Origin: Candidatus Latescibacterota bacterium
GTDB lineage: Bacteria > Latescibacterota > UBA2968 > UBA8231
NCBI GenBank assembly: GCA_965223905.1
Contig: CBDCXV010000010.1
Coordinates: forward strand, 960,001 to 1,024,000
DNA length: 64,000 bases
Reading direction: 5' to 3'
Position 1 is the stretch's first letter. Every line of letters starts with the position of its first letter. A program made the position numbers and the translations under genes. The notes beneath the pieces are model-generated. The model searched no databases and was not told the DNA's origin. It was given only the letters and a program-made list of their open reading frames with translations. Of this stretch, positions 47,649-58,112 are shown piece after piece.

Positions 47649-49691
47649 CTACTCTAAGATACTGCCGATCTCGAACTGGATGCGCTCTTCAATCTCTCCC
47701 CTGCGCTTCTGCCTATGGTACGTGGCGAGGGCTCTCCTCGCCTCATCTTCCCGGCCCAGCTCGCCGTACAATTTGCTGAGGAACAGGTGCACGCGCGGCC
47801 CGATCAACTCGATTTCGCGCAGCGGCTCGACGTAGGCGAGCGCCTCCTCGTGTCGGCCCATGCGGTACAAAACGGCTCCCAGCTGCCACCTGACGGGATC
47901 TGATTCCGTATCCATGGCGATGGCCTCTCGCAGTAAATCCTCCGCATCGTCGAGCCGACCCTGTTCCTTCAGAATCCGGGCCAGCCGCCACCTCGACTCT
48001 ACGTACCACGTCGAGTCAGTCAGGAGCAGTTCGTATTCCTCCTGGGCAGCATCGTCCAGTCCCTGGATATCGTACATCTGCGCCAGTTGGAACCGCACGC
48101 TGCTGTTGCGGGGTTGCATCTGCAGAGCCTGCCGGTAGGCGTCTATGGCGCCCCGCACGTCACCCGAGAAAAAGCGCGCTTCTCCCAGTCGGGTCAGCAA
48201 ATCCCTTCGCTCATCCTCTTCCTCGCCACCTGCCGCGAGCAGCTGTTCATAGGTCCTGGCCGCCGCTCGCGGTCGCTCCGCCCGCATGAAGTGATGGGCG
48301 AGCGCCCTGTGCGCGGAGCGCAGATCCGGTTCCCGAGATGTGAGTCTCTGTAATAGTCCAATGGATTTCTCGTAGTTCTCCACCTGCTCGTAAAGCGATA
48401 CTAGGGTGAAGTACGTCTCGTTAGATGCCGGTCCCGACTCGACGGCGCGCTCGTATTCGCGAATTGCGTTGGCCCTCATGCCCAAGTTCTGGTAGCCTTT
48501 TCCCAGTACGCGGTGGTGCCGGACTACCGCTTGCGCCCCCAACTCCTTCGCATCCCAGTTGACGACTGCCAGCAGTACGGCGATGAGGCACCCCACAGCC
48601 ACTCCCTGCCTGTCGAACCGCAGTCGAGTGAGTGCGCTCAGACTGACTGCCGCGAACAGGAGCAGCATCGCCACGGCAGGCAGACGTGAGTTTCCGGACA
48701 CCCCGATCCACAGAGCTCCCGCCATCCAGCTCGCGACGAACAGGAGAAGCAGGGTGACCGGTTGACCGCGCTGGGACGAGCGCAGGGTGATGATTACTCC
48801 CAGCACTGCCAGTGGAGCTACGATGCCGAAGGGAAAGGCCACGCCTCGAACCCACATCGACACTGCCAACAACGCGGAACTGCCGCGCGCCTGATACGGA
48901 TCGAGCGTCTCCGTGAACTCAGTACCGTGCCAGAAGCGATAGAATCGGTGGCTGAGCTCCGTGAGGGGCGAGACGCCCTCCGATCCGACCCACGGTGACG
49001 GCATCAGGGCCTGCCAACCCACCCCGGCCGCTGCTGCCAGGAGCACGACACCGCAGCCCACGCCCATCAACCGTGCACCGTGCCCCGCTCCTTTGCCTTT
49101 GTTCATCCACATCCACGCGATAGCGACTACCGCGAAGACCCAATTGCGAGTATCCGCCGCGATCGCCAACCCGAGGACTAACCCGGCCAACCCGAATCGC
49201 ACCCAGTCCTTTCCAACAGCGGCGGCGTTCTTAACGCCGTCGTTGACGCCCGACAGGAGCCACAGGGCGAGCATTCCCAGAAAGACGGTCAGGGCGGCTG
49301 GCAGCAACTCCGTGTCGAAGTAAATGAACGGGCCGTACAGAGCCGCAGCGAATGCCGCGATGATTGCGACTCGGTTGGAGAATACAGTTCGGCCTATATG
49401 CCAGATCAGGACACAGCTGGCGGCGCCCAGCAAGGCCTGCACGAGTCGGGCTGCGGTGTGGCCGTCGCTGAAAAGCTTGAATAAGCCGGCCAGAAGCAGC
49501 GGGTACAATACTGAATCCCCGCTCGCTGCCATTCCCACCGGCCCAGGCGACCCTCCGAATTCGACGACCTGACTCGCATAGCCCCCGCTCGCCAGCATCT
49601 CCGCTTCCACGCCTGGTCCCCTGCTCGTCTGCCAGATGTGGACCAGGCGGGTCCCCAGGGCCAGTAGGCCGAATCCGAGTCCCCACCTCAT
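47649..49691 (-). CDS. ArnT/PMT-like (GT-C) membrane glycosyltransferase with C-terminal TPR repeats
   Basis: LYPLLLA..ARLVQALLG, ALYGPFIYFDTELL, multiple TM helices, then TPR motifs (AIREYERAV, AIDAYRQALQMQP). ATG 49691; the upstream ORF extension is ISL3 sequence. Confidence 0.8.
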   Translation of the reverse strand: MRWGLGFGLLALGTRLVHIWQTSRGPGVEAEMLASGGYASQVVEFGGSPGPVGMAASGDSVLYPLLLAGLFKLFSDGHTAARLVQALLGAASCVLIWHIGRTVFSNRVAIIAAFAAALYGPFIYFDTELLPAALTVFLGMLALWLLSGVNDGVKNAAAVGKDWVRFGLAGLVLGLAIAADTRNWVFAVVAIAWMWMNKGKGAGHGARLMGVGCGVVLLAAAAGVGWQALMPSPWVGSEGVSPLTELSHRFYRFWHGTEFTETLDPYQARGSSALLAVSMWVRGVAFPFGIVAPLAVLGVIITLRSSQRGQPVTLLLLFVASWMAGALWIGVSGNSRLPAVAMLLLFAAVSLSALTRLRFDRQGVAVGCLIAVLLAVVNWDAKELGAQAVVRHHRVLGKGYQNLGMRANAIREYERAVESGPASNETYFTLVSLYEQVENYEKSIGLLQRLTSREPDLRSAHRALAHHFMRAERPRAAARTYEQLLAAGGEEEDERRDLLTRLGEARFFSGDVRGAIDAYRQALQMQPRNSSVRFQLAQMYDIQGLDDAAQEEYELLLTDSTWYVESRWRLARILKEQGRLDDAEDLLREAIAMDTESDPVRWQLGAVLYRMGRHEEALAYVEPLREIELIGPRVHLFLSKLYGELGREDEARRALATYHRQKRRGEIEERIQFEIGSILE

Positions 49692-49743
49692 TCTCTGCCT
49701 TCCGATGCCCGGGATTGGCCGCCACCAGCGAATTAAAATTTCA

Positions 49744-51182
49744 GGCTCGTCAGTAGAATTGGTGGGTGAATTGTGGCTCGGGTAAATCGCCAAGCTGATG
49801 AAATGAAGCGATTTGGAGTGCCTTGAAGGTGCGGAATCCGAATGCTTTTCTCACCGTCAGATTCCATTTCAGGTTCAAGCCCTCGACCATGCCGTTGTTG
49901 CTGCTTCCTGGCCCTGAACCAATTGAGGATGAGCTCTTGATGACGCCGCAGCATCCTGGCGATGTCTTTCATCGGTTCGATGTTGCTTCTCATCGTACGG
50001 ACAACACCAGCGCTGGAGAAACTTCTCTGCCCACGCGGGGTAGGTGTAGTTCCAGAAGCGCTGGAAGTCCTCCTTGAGCAGGTAGGCTTTGACCGTCCGC
50101 AGGTTCATCTTCAATAGCTCGGACAGCTTCAAGCCCTGGGGGTCGCTGAGGTTCTCCTTGCGCTTCAGGAAGCACCAGCGGCTCTTGCTCAGGACCGGAT
50201 CCTGGCCCTGTTCTTTGAGTCTGCGGGCCTCTTCGGCACGGACGTTGTCGAGAGCCTTGCTGAAGTGCTGCATGATGTGAAAGCGGTCGAGAATAGGTAC
50301 CGCGCTGGGGAGCCGCTTGCTGATAACGTTGAGGTAGGCTTTCCAGATATCAGAGCAGATGACGGTAATCTGGTCGAGGAAACGGGTCGGCTCCTGCTCG
50401 CCGGCCGCTTCCTGCTTGCGCCGGTGCTCTTGCTCCCGTTCGGTAAAGCCGTCGTTCAAGGCCTTCTTCGTCCGCTTCTCGCCCATCCACAACAGGCGGC
50501 GGCGGTGGGGGTCGATCTGATACAGCAACGTCAGATAATGATGCCCCTTACGATACTGGATTTCATCCACGCCGAGGGCCGTGACCTGGTCGAGGCGGCG
50601 ATGAGCGAGCCCATAGTCCACCACATACTGGACGGAGTGGTACCTTGTCCCAACGGGTCCGGAAGGAACGCGCCACCTCGAGCCACGACAGCTTTTTGGC
50701 CCACTGGGCCAGGAAGCAGCGGTAGAGGTCGGTCAGGTGGTGCTTGCCCGTGCTCCAGGGGACCTTCTCGACGACCACCCGGCCGCAGGCTTTGCAGGCA
50801 ACCCGGCGCATGCCATACACCAGAAAGACCGGGAAACCCCAGAGGGGAACAAACTCGAACAGCCGGGCTTCGGTGGCCGTGTCATAGGTGGGGGCCAAGT
50901 GACCGCAGCCGCGGCACGCGCCCCGGGAATTTTTCCGTGGTCTGATCCGCACCATCACCCTTCCGTGCCGGTCAAAATGACTGCCCTCAAACACAAACCG
51001 CTTGAACGTCGTGCACCGGTTGAGTACCGTGATCAGGCGCATCATTCCCTCCACAGGTAGTTGGGATCGGTCTTGGTGGACTGTCCCAACATACCGGGGA
51101 TGATGCGCCTGTGCTACCTTGGCCTCCTCTATGCCCATCGCCGCAGCGTCCCCTCCTCACCCACAGATTCTCCAGAGGAGCC
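49744..51182 (-). mobile_element. ISL3-family element with frameshifted transposase
   Basis: IRs ggctcgtcagtagaattggtgggtga and ggctcctctggagaatctgtgggtga; perfect 8-bp target duplication aaatttca (49736-49743, 51183-51190); CRGCG, LGVDE, SDIWKAY, LDRFHI. Confidence 0.93.
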
Positions 51183-51430
51183 AAATTTCAGCATTAGAGG
51201 AGTCGTTACGGAGATAATATTACCCTCCCAACAGTGAGGCAAGGTCGCTTACCCCGAACGGCGACCGCAGCTGGTGGGACAAGCGCTTCATGCGCGAAGA
51301 ATCGAATTAACAGGGCGACAGGAGTTCAAACCAAGATGAGCTTTCTTGTTACAATGGATCCGGTCTAATTGGATGCCGAGATCTTCCCACACCTGCCCCC
51401 AAACCGGGTCGGGGAGGCGGAAGGCGCTAT

Positions 51431-51590
51431 ATGAATGAGGTCCTGGAGGATGGCTTCGGTAACCGGGCGTCTGCCGATATGCTCGGGCGCTTCGAACTGG
51501 CGTTCGCGGACAAGTTCGGCGTGCCATTCGCCAGCTCACGCAGCTCGGGCTCCGAGACGATGTTGTCCTGTCTCCTAGCGATCCGCACAA
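51431..51590 (+). pseudogene. DegT/DnrJ/EryC1/StrS aminotransferase N-terminal remnant
   Basis: EVLEDG...RFELAFADKFGVPFA..SSGSETM.SCLLA. Confidence 0.55.
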
Positions 51591-51718
51591 TGGTGACGGA
51601 GATCTTTTGCAAGAACAGAAAGTACCTGCCACAGTTCAAGGTGTGAGGTGTGAGTGACCGCAGCGACAATCTCCGCGACGTTGTCGTTGCTATTGGACAG
51701 CGGCTGCGTAGCACCATA

Positions 51719-52672
51719 TCACGGCCTGAAGTTCTTGACATACGAGTCCAGTTTGTAGAGCTCGCGGTACCCCAGCGACTCGTAGAGCGATACGGCGGCT
51801 GCATTGCCGCTATCGGTCGACAGAATTGCCGCGTCATTCCCGTGTCGTTTCAGTCGATGCAGTGCCTCGACGATGAGAGCCCTTGCCAGGCCCTTCCGTC
51901 GGTGCTCTTCTCGGGTCCCAATCGGGTCGGTCCACCCTTCCTTGAGACCGTTCCACTTCGGCTCCGTCTTGTCGAAAGCGCACCAACAGTACGCCGCATA
52001 AGATCCATCATCGTGTACGGCGGCAAGGTCGAACTCTCTGACATATTCTGTTGCCAGTGTGCGGCTGCGGTAATTTTCAGCGGTCATGGAGTTGCTTCCC
52101 GAGACGTCGTTCGCCATTCCAGCATACGTCTCTGGATCATGTGGTCCGTGCACGATAAAGTACCCCGGCGGGATTGGTGCAGAGGGAATCGCCTCATCGA
52201 GGGGCCGGATCATGCGGAGAGTGGGCGGATTTGTCCTCTCGAAGCCAGACGTCTCCAGGAGCTTGCCGAGATCCGGGTTATCGCGGCGGATTTTCGTGCA
52301 CGCGAGGGTGACCCGTTCGCCTCTTTCATGAGCGATTTCTGCAGCCCGGGCGCTGGCCCAGGCGATTATGTCGTCATACAGGGGTTTTTCTTCCCGATGG
52401 GGATGGACGTAGAACAACAGGCCCCATTTGGACAGAGCGACAAAGGCCACCGCGGTAGGGCGATCACATGCGTCCAACCAGATGCGGCTGTCGCGCTCTA
52501 TGTCCAGTTCCGCCGGCGCCAGATATGATCCCGGTGTGAGGGCCCGCGACAGATGAAAGGGAAGAAACCTGTCCGCTGTTTCGGCTTTACGGCAGCCGAG
52601 AAGCAAACTGACCGCGACCTGCCGGTCAGATGCGGTAGCGCACGGCCTGAATCTATAGGATGCTCGTGTCAA
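51719..52672 (-). CDS. GNAT-family N-acetyltransferase (tandem GNAT)
   Basis: DPIGTREEHRRKGLARAL, NAAAVSLYESLGY; start uncertain (TTG 52672). Confidence 0.8.
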   Translation of the reverse strand: MTRASYRFRPCATASDRQVAVSLLLGCRKAETADRFLPFHLSRALTPGSYLAPAELDIERDSRIWLDACDRPTAVAFVALSKWGLLFYVHPHREEKPLYDDIIAWASARAAEIAHERGERVTLACTKIRRDNPDLGKLLETSGFERTNPPTLRMIRPLDEAIPSAPIPPGYFIVHGPHDPETYAGMANDVSGSNSMTAENYRSRTLATEYVREFDLAAVHDDGSYAAYCWCAFDKTEPKWNGLKEGWTDPIGTREEHRRKGLARALIVEALHRLKRHGNDAAILSTDSGNAAAVSLYESLGYRELYKLDSYVKNFRP

Positions 52673-52722
52673 AGGGTGTGGGGCGAGGACCATATCGAGT
52701 TCAGCACTACCGAAATTTGGAT

Positions 52723-52872
52723 GTAACCCTTCAGTTCCTTGGCAGCTTGGGGCCGGGGGCGGAATGGTCCCAGGTTGAATTTAACGAATGGCGGAGTGGG
52801 TTGAAGGCGACAGCGAGGGCGCCGGCTGCTGACACACGGCGGCGTGACAGGCCATCCTGAGATAGGTGAGGA
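52723..52872 (-). mobile_element. IS66 right part, continuation of 42975-43901, inverted
   Basis: Reads on from RNFLT as YLRMACHAAVCQQPAPSL*; IR gtaacccttcagtt at 52723 matches the left IR. Confidence 0.8.
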
Positions 52873-53064
52873 CAGTAGTGTCCCGTCATAAGTCGAATAA
52901 ATTCAATTGGTTACAAGGATGCTCTGATCGTTTTGGAGATGGGCTTCTGTAAGTACCTGTAAAATATCGACTTTCTCGAAAAGCGAAACGGTGAGAATTT
53001 GCAGGATTTCGGAGAGACTGCGGTCGACTTGCAGCTGCTTCTTCACGATGGCCACGAGCACGTA
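52873..53064 (-). mobile_element. IS4 right end and transposase C-terminal remnant, inverted
   Basis: IR cagtagtgtcccgt; YVLVAIVKKQLQVDRSLSEILQILTVSLFEK; flank aggtgagga is the reverse complement of the target duplication. Confidence 0.85.
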
Positions 53065-54328
53065 CAGTTTCGCCCACCTTTGGGCACCTCAAGGAGGTGC
53101 CCACATGCCCTGGAACGAAACCTCAGCCATGGACCAACGAATGCATTTCATCGCCGATTACCTCGAGGACTACTTCCCCTTTTCCGAGCTGTGCCGTCGC
53201 TACGGCATCAGCCGTCCCACCGGCTACAAGTGGGTGCAGCGGTATGTCGACACAGGCGCTGCCGGCTTGATGGCGCAGTCGCGTAGACCGGTCCGTTGCC
53301 CGCACGCTACGTCTTCCGACCTCGTAGAGGCGATTCTCGGGCGCGCCGCACACACCCGACGTGGGGGGCCAAGAAGCTGCTGGCTCTCCTCTGGCGATCG
53401 CAGCCGCATCGCCCCTGGCCGGCACGCACACCGTCTGCGACATCCTCAAACGCCATGGCCTGGTGCCGACGCCGCGGACGCGGCGCCGGCCGGGCTCTGC
53501 GGGGCCACCCCAGACCCCCCTGAGCGCGCCCAATCACGTCTGGACCGCCGACTTCAAGGGGCAGTTCAAGACCCTGGATGGCCGCTACTGCTACCCGCTG
53601 ACCGTCGCGACGGCTACAGCCGCTTCCTGCTGGGGTGCCAAGCCCTCGACGCGCCCCAGGGGCAACTGAGCCGGCCGGTCTTCCACCGGCTCTTCCGCAC
53701 CTACGGCCTGCCCCGCATCCTCCGCACCGACAACGGCGCCCCCTTCGCCTCCTCCCAGGCGCTGGGACGGCTCTCCCAACTGTCGGTCTGGTGGATCCGG
53801 CTCGGCATCTTGCCCGAGCGCATCCAGCCCGGCTGCCCGCCGCAGAATGGGCGCCACGAACGCATGCATGGCACGCTCAAGCGGGAGGCGACGATTCCCC
53901 CCGCCGCGTCCCGCTTCGGACAGCAATACCGCTTTACCCGCTTCCGTCACGAATACAACCAGGAACGACCCCACGAGGCCTTGGGACAAAGACCTCCGGT
54001 CGAGTTCTACCAGCCTTCGCCACGTCCTTTTCCCAGAAAGCTGCCGCCCCTACACTACCCTGCGCACTGGGAAGTTCGGCGGGTCAGTACTAACGGAGGC
54101 ATCCGATGGAAGACCCATCGAGTAGCCGTCAGTAACGCCTTGCGTCAACAACCCATCGGCTTGGAACCCATTGACGACGGGGTCTGGGAGGTGTGGTTCG
54201 GTCCCCTCAGACTGGGTCGCATGGACGAACGACAGCTCACCATCACCGACGCTTTGGGTAAAGCCGCTCGCCGGAAACTGTACACCATGTTGCCGGACTA
54301 TTCTGTACAGGATGTACCCGACCGCTCG
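53063..54328 (+). mobile_element. IS481-family element, copy 2 (left end truncated)
   Basis: Transposase from ATG 53105; right-end repeats ctgtacaccatgtt and ctgtacaggatgtacc. Confidence 0.9.
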
Positions 54329-54374
54329 CGTTGCCTGCCGCCTTCCATCCTCCAACCGGGTTAAAAGAGAAGGA

Positions 54375-56249
54375 TCAGTCTTTCCTCACGGGAAGCTCGA
54401 CGAAGCTGGCCGCCCCGCGGTCGTGGTGGATGGCGTGGGTCGCCTTGCGGAAGTCCCCCGGCCGTGCCCAGGCGATCTCCTCCACGAAGGTCTGCGGGTT
54501 GCGGTCGTAGACCGGGAACCACGAGCTCTGCACCTGCACGAGGATGCGGTGCCCGGGCAGGAAGGTGTGGTTCACGTGGGGCATGGTTATGCGGTAGGGC
54601 AGCACCTGCCCGGGCGGGATCGGCCCCGCCTTCTCGAAGCTCTCGCGGTAGCGGCCGCGCAGGATGTCGCCGGAGATCATCAGCTGGTAGCCGCCCATTG
54701 CCGGCTCTGCCGGGACCTCGTCGGGGTAGAGGTCGATGAGCTTGACGACCCAGTCGGCGTCGGTGCCGGTGGTCGAGGCGAAGAGCGTCGCCGACGGCTC
54801 GCCGCTCAGGGTGAGGGGCTCCCGCAGGCGCGCGCCGGCGAAGACGAGCACGTCGGTGCGGTCGGAGAAGGGCCGCTGATCGTCGACCAGCCACCGGGAC
54901 CAGGTCGACTCCCCGCCGAAAGCCGTGGGGATCGGGCGCACCCGGTAGGGCACCGGCTTGGCCGGGTCCGAGACGTACTCGGTGCGGCTGTCCCCGGCCC
55001 GGGGGGCCTTGAAGGAGAGGTCCCCCTCAGGCTGCAGGTAGAGCCGGCGGGATTCCGTCTCCTTCACCGGCGGCCAGCTCGAGTACTGCCGCCAGCGGTT
55101 GGCGCCGGTCTCGAAGGCGAGCACCCGCGGCAGCGGCTCGGCCGGCCTCCTTCTCTTGAGGTGGTGGTCCCAGAAGGGCTTGAGCATCTCGCGGCGGAAG
55201 CGCAGGGAGGTGTCCTCCCCCCACTTCAGGCTCCCGAGCTCCGATCCTTCCTTGCTCATCTGTCCGTGGGCCCAGGGCCCGATTGCCAGGTGCGTGCGCG
55301 TGCCCCTGCGGTCGCTGCGGGCCATGGCCTCGTGGCTGAGCACGGGGCCGTAGAGGTCCTCGGCGTCGAACAGGCTGTGCACGGTGAGCACGGGGACCCG
55401 CCGTGGCGCCCGGGCCAGCTGCTCCTGCAGGGCCTGGTCCTTCCAGTAGTCGTCGTAGGCAGGATGCGCCAGGAGGCGCTTCCAGGCCGGCAGCCGGTCG
55501 GCCCCGTAGCGGCGCCCCAGCTCGCCGATGGAACCGGCCTCGAGCACGGCCTGGTAGTTGTCGTAGCAGCCCCATGGGACGGAGCGGCTGGCCTCGCGGG
55601 ACGAGGTCTGCCGGTATACGTACTGCAGCATGACGGTGCGAAAGGCCCCGTGCCGGTAGAAGTCGTCCCCGAGCCAGGAGTCGACCATGGCGTTGACGGG
55701 GACCGCGGCCTTCAGCGCCGGGTGCGGGTCGAGGAGCGCCATCAGGGTGAGCAGGCCGTCGTAGGAAGCGCCGGTGATGCCGACGCGGCCGTTGTTCCCC
55801 TCGACGTTCTCCACCAGCCACTCGACGGTGTCCCAGGCGTCGGTGACCTGGTCGATCCCGCTCTCGTTGAAGGGTCCGCGCACCGGCATGGTCATGGTGT
55901 ATCGGCCCCTGGAGCCGAAGCGGCCGCGCACGTCCTGGTAGACGCGGATGTAACCGTCGCGCACGAGGGCCTCGTCGGCGGCGGGCAGGACCATGGCAAT
56001 GTCGGGGCTGTGGCTGCGCGAGGCGCGGTTCTTGGCGTTGTAGGGGGTCCGCGTCAGCACGACCGGCATCTTCCCCGCCGCGCCCTCCGGAATCAGGATC
56101 AGCGTGAACAGTTTCACGCCGTCGCGCATGGGCACCATCGACTCGAGGCGCTTGTAGTTGAAGGCCCCGGTCCTCGACTCGAAGGTGCGGGGAACGTCTC
56201 CCCCGCGGGTCACGTCACGCGACCCGGACCTGCTCTTGCGTTTGGCCAT
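54375..56249 (-). CDS. CocE/NonD-family hydrolase (alpha-amino acid ester hydrolase / glutaryl-7-ACA acylase-like)
   Basis: VPMRDGVKL, LTRTPY, QDVRGRFGS, GASYDG nucleophile elbow, GPWAHG, SSWFPVYDRNPQ. Confidence 0.92.
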   Translation of the reverse strand: MAKRKSRSGSRDVTRGGDVPRTFESRTGAFNYKRLESMVPMRDGVKLFTLILIPEGAAGKMPVVLTRTPYNAKNRASRSHSPDIAMVLPAADEALVRDGYIRVYQDVRGRFGSRGRYTMTMPVRGPFNESGIDQVTDAWDTVEWLVENVEGNNGRVGITGASYDGLLTLMALLDPHPALKAAVPVNAMVDSWLGDDFYRHGAFRTVMLQYVYRQTSSREASRSVPWGCYDNYQAVLEAGSIGELGRRYGADRLPAWKRLLAHPAYDDYWKDQALQEQLARAPRRVPVLTVHSLFDAEDLYGPVLSHEAMARSDRRGTRTHLAIGPWAHGQMSKEGSELGSLKWGEDTSLRFRREMLKPFWDHHLKRRRPAEPLPRVLAFETGANRWRQYSSWPPVKETESRRLYLQPEGDLSFKAPRAGDSRTEYVSDPAKPVPYRVRPIPTAFGGESTWSRWLVDDQRPFSDRTDVLVFAGARLREPLTLSGEPSATLFASTTGTDADWVVKLIDLYPDEVPAEPAMGGYQLMISGDILRGRYRESFEKAGPIPPGQVLPYRITMPHVNHTFLPGHRILVQVQSSWFPVYDRNPQTFVEEIAWARPGDFRKATHAIHHDRGAASFVELPVRKD

Positions 56250-56571
56250 GGAGTTTCCTGGGCGTTTGCAGCGAAAGGTTCTGGTTATTGGCTGAAAGAC
56301 TGACGCAGCGCTAATCCGGGCTCTGGAACGGAGGGATTCGCAATGCCCCCATCTTTCCACAGTCCATCGCTTCATGCCGACAGTCCGTGCGCTTCCGGTT
56401 GAAAGATACGGGTGCAGGGTCCGGTTTCATCGCGGGGTCCTTATTTTGCAGAGTGATTCCGTTGCACCCGGGCTCTTGCTGGACCGGGGCGACTTCCCCC
56501 AGACCCCAGATGCCAAGGCCTGGTAACGGAGCCGATTCCCTGTTTGGAAAACGGATGGATGGAGGTGCGCT

Positions 56572-57093
56572 ATGCCGATAGATGTCCCCCGCGGACCCGG
56601 GGGTGCGGACCGCGGAAAGACCCCTGTTCCCGGCGACCCCTGCTACCTGTGCCAGGTCATCGAAGGACGCGCGGACAAGGGTGTCGTCGAAGAGACCGAG
56701 CTGACGCTGACCCTGGTGAACTGGGCCCAGTTCGAGCTCGGGCAGGTCTACGTCCTCCCCAGGCGTCACGCTCCCACCCTGTTCGACCTGATGGACGCAG
56801 AGGCCGAGGCGGTTATCCATGCTGTCCGCAGGACCGCCGATGCCCTGGTCCGGGCTTACGAGCCCGACGGACTCAACCTGATCCAGAACAACGGTGTTGT
56901 CGCCGGCCAGAGCGTGCCCCACTTCCATATGCACGTTGTTCCGCGCCGCAGGTCCGGCAGCGACTGGGGAAACGGCCCACCCCATATCGCCGTGCTCGAG
57001 GGAAAGACGCCGACGAGGCCTGGCCGCGACGTCAAATTCAGCCTGGAGCAGGAGCACGAGATCGCCGGCCATATCAGGCAGTTCCTTCAGTGA
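56572..57093 (+). CDS. HIT-family hydrolase
   Basis: CYLC, NNGVVAGQSVPHFHMHVVPR histidine triad. Confidence 0.9.
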   Translation: MPIDVPRGPGGADRGKTPVPGDPCYLCQVIEGRADKGVVEETELTLTLVNWAQFELGQVYVLPRRHAPTLFDLMDAEAEAVIHAVRRTADALVRAYEPDGLNLIQNNGVVAGQSVPHFHMHVVPRRRSGSDWGNGPPHIAVLEGKTPTRPGRDVKFSLEQEHEIAGHIRQFLQ

Positions 57094-57224
57094 GACTGAC
57101 GGGCTGCACTCCCGCCGCGTCTTCCTGATCCACGTCACCACCTGTTTCCGACTGCAGCCGGGCCAGAAATCACGACAACAGGTTTGGGCTATCGCTGAAT
57201 CGGTACGGACGCTAACCGAGGGCC

Positions 57225-57998
57225 ATGCAATTGAGCGAATCCGTTAAACAGTTTTACGATGATCTGGCTGCGGAATACCATCACGTGTATGCAGACTGGG
57301 AAGCGGCAATCGAACGGCAGTCGTCCGCGCTGGATCAGTTGATCAGACGCGAGTCTTCAGCGAGCGGACCGGTTGTCCTGGACTGTTCATGCGGAACAGG
57401 AACCCAGGCAATCGGCCTGGCACAGCGAGGGTACGAAGTTTTCGCCTCCGACCTCAGTCCCAAGGCGGTCGCGAGGGCGCAATCGGAAGCAGCCAGGCGG
57501 GACCCGAACATTCGATTCGCCGTTGCGGATGTTCGCGAGTTGGAAAGCGCATTCGGCCAGGGGTTCGATGTTGTGATCAGCTGTGACAATTCCCTGCCGC
57601 ATCTATTGACTGACGAAGACCTGACTCTCGCTCTCCGAAACATCCGGAACCTCCTTACTGACAATGGCCTGTTCATTGCCAGCATTCGCGATTACGACCG
57701 GCTGCTCCTCGAGAGGCCGTCCTCAATGGCTCCGATTCTCAGCGGTGCACCGGGGGAAGAAACCATAACCTTTCAGATCTGGGACTGGTCCGAGGACTCG
57801 GACACCTATCTGTTGCGGCTTTTCATATTGGGTCAGGCCTCGGGTGGATGGCGAGTGAAGGAGATCAGGACTGGTTACAGGGCAGTAAGGCGCCAGGAGC
57901 TTGCTTCGGCCCTGGGGTCGGCCGGATTTACAGGAATCGCTTGGCATGCACCTGAGCAGTCCGGCTATCATCAACCCATTATGACGGCGCGGGCCTGA
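57225..57998 (+). CDS. Class I SAM-dependent methyltransferase (glycine/sarcosine N-methyltransferase-like)
   Basis: VLDCSCGTGTQ, SDLS, FDVVISCDNSLPHL. Confidence 0.88.
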   Translation: MQLSESVKQFYDDLAAEYHHVYADWEAAIERQSSALDQLIRRESSASGPVVLDCSCGTGTQAIGLAQRGYEVFASDLSPKAVARAQSEAARRDPNIRFAVADVRELESAFGQGFDVVISCDNSLPHLLTDEDLTLALRNIRNLLTDNGLFIASIRDYDRLLLERPSSMAPILSGAPGEETITFQIWDWSEDSDTYLLRLFILGQASGGWRVKEIRTGYRAVRRQELASALGSAGFTGIAWHAPEQSGYHQPIMTARA

Positions 57999-58112
57999 CA
58001 TCGAAATGACCAACGGGCAGGGATTATCCCGCCGACCTCGCTGCCTACCTTCGAAAATTGATTTTTATCAATCGATACATCACCGGCATCCGCCGGTTCG
58101 GCTGGAGATTCG

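Noticed and set aside
49692-49793. N-terminal extension of the glycosyltransferase-TPR ORF
   Set aside because: It runs into the ISL3 terminal repeat; ATG 49691 is the more plausible start.
44077-54328. Inverted IS481 pair as a composite transposon carrying the glycosyltransferase and GNAT genes
   Set aside because: No flanking target duplication, and the split IS4/IS66 halves are explained by an inversion instead.
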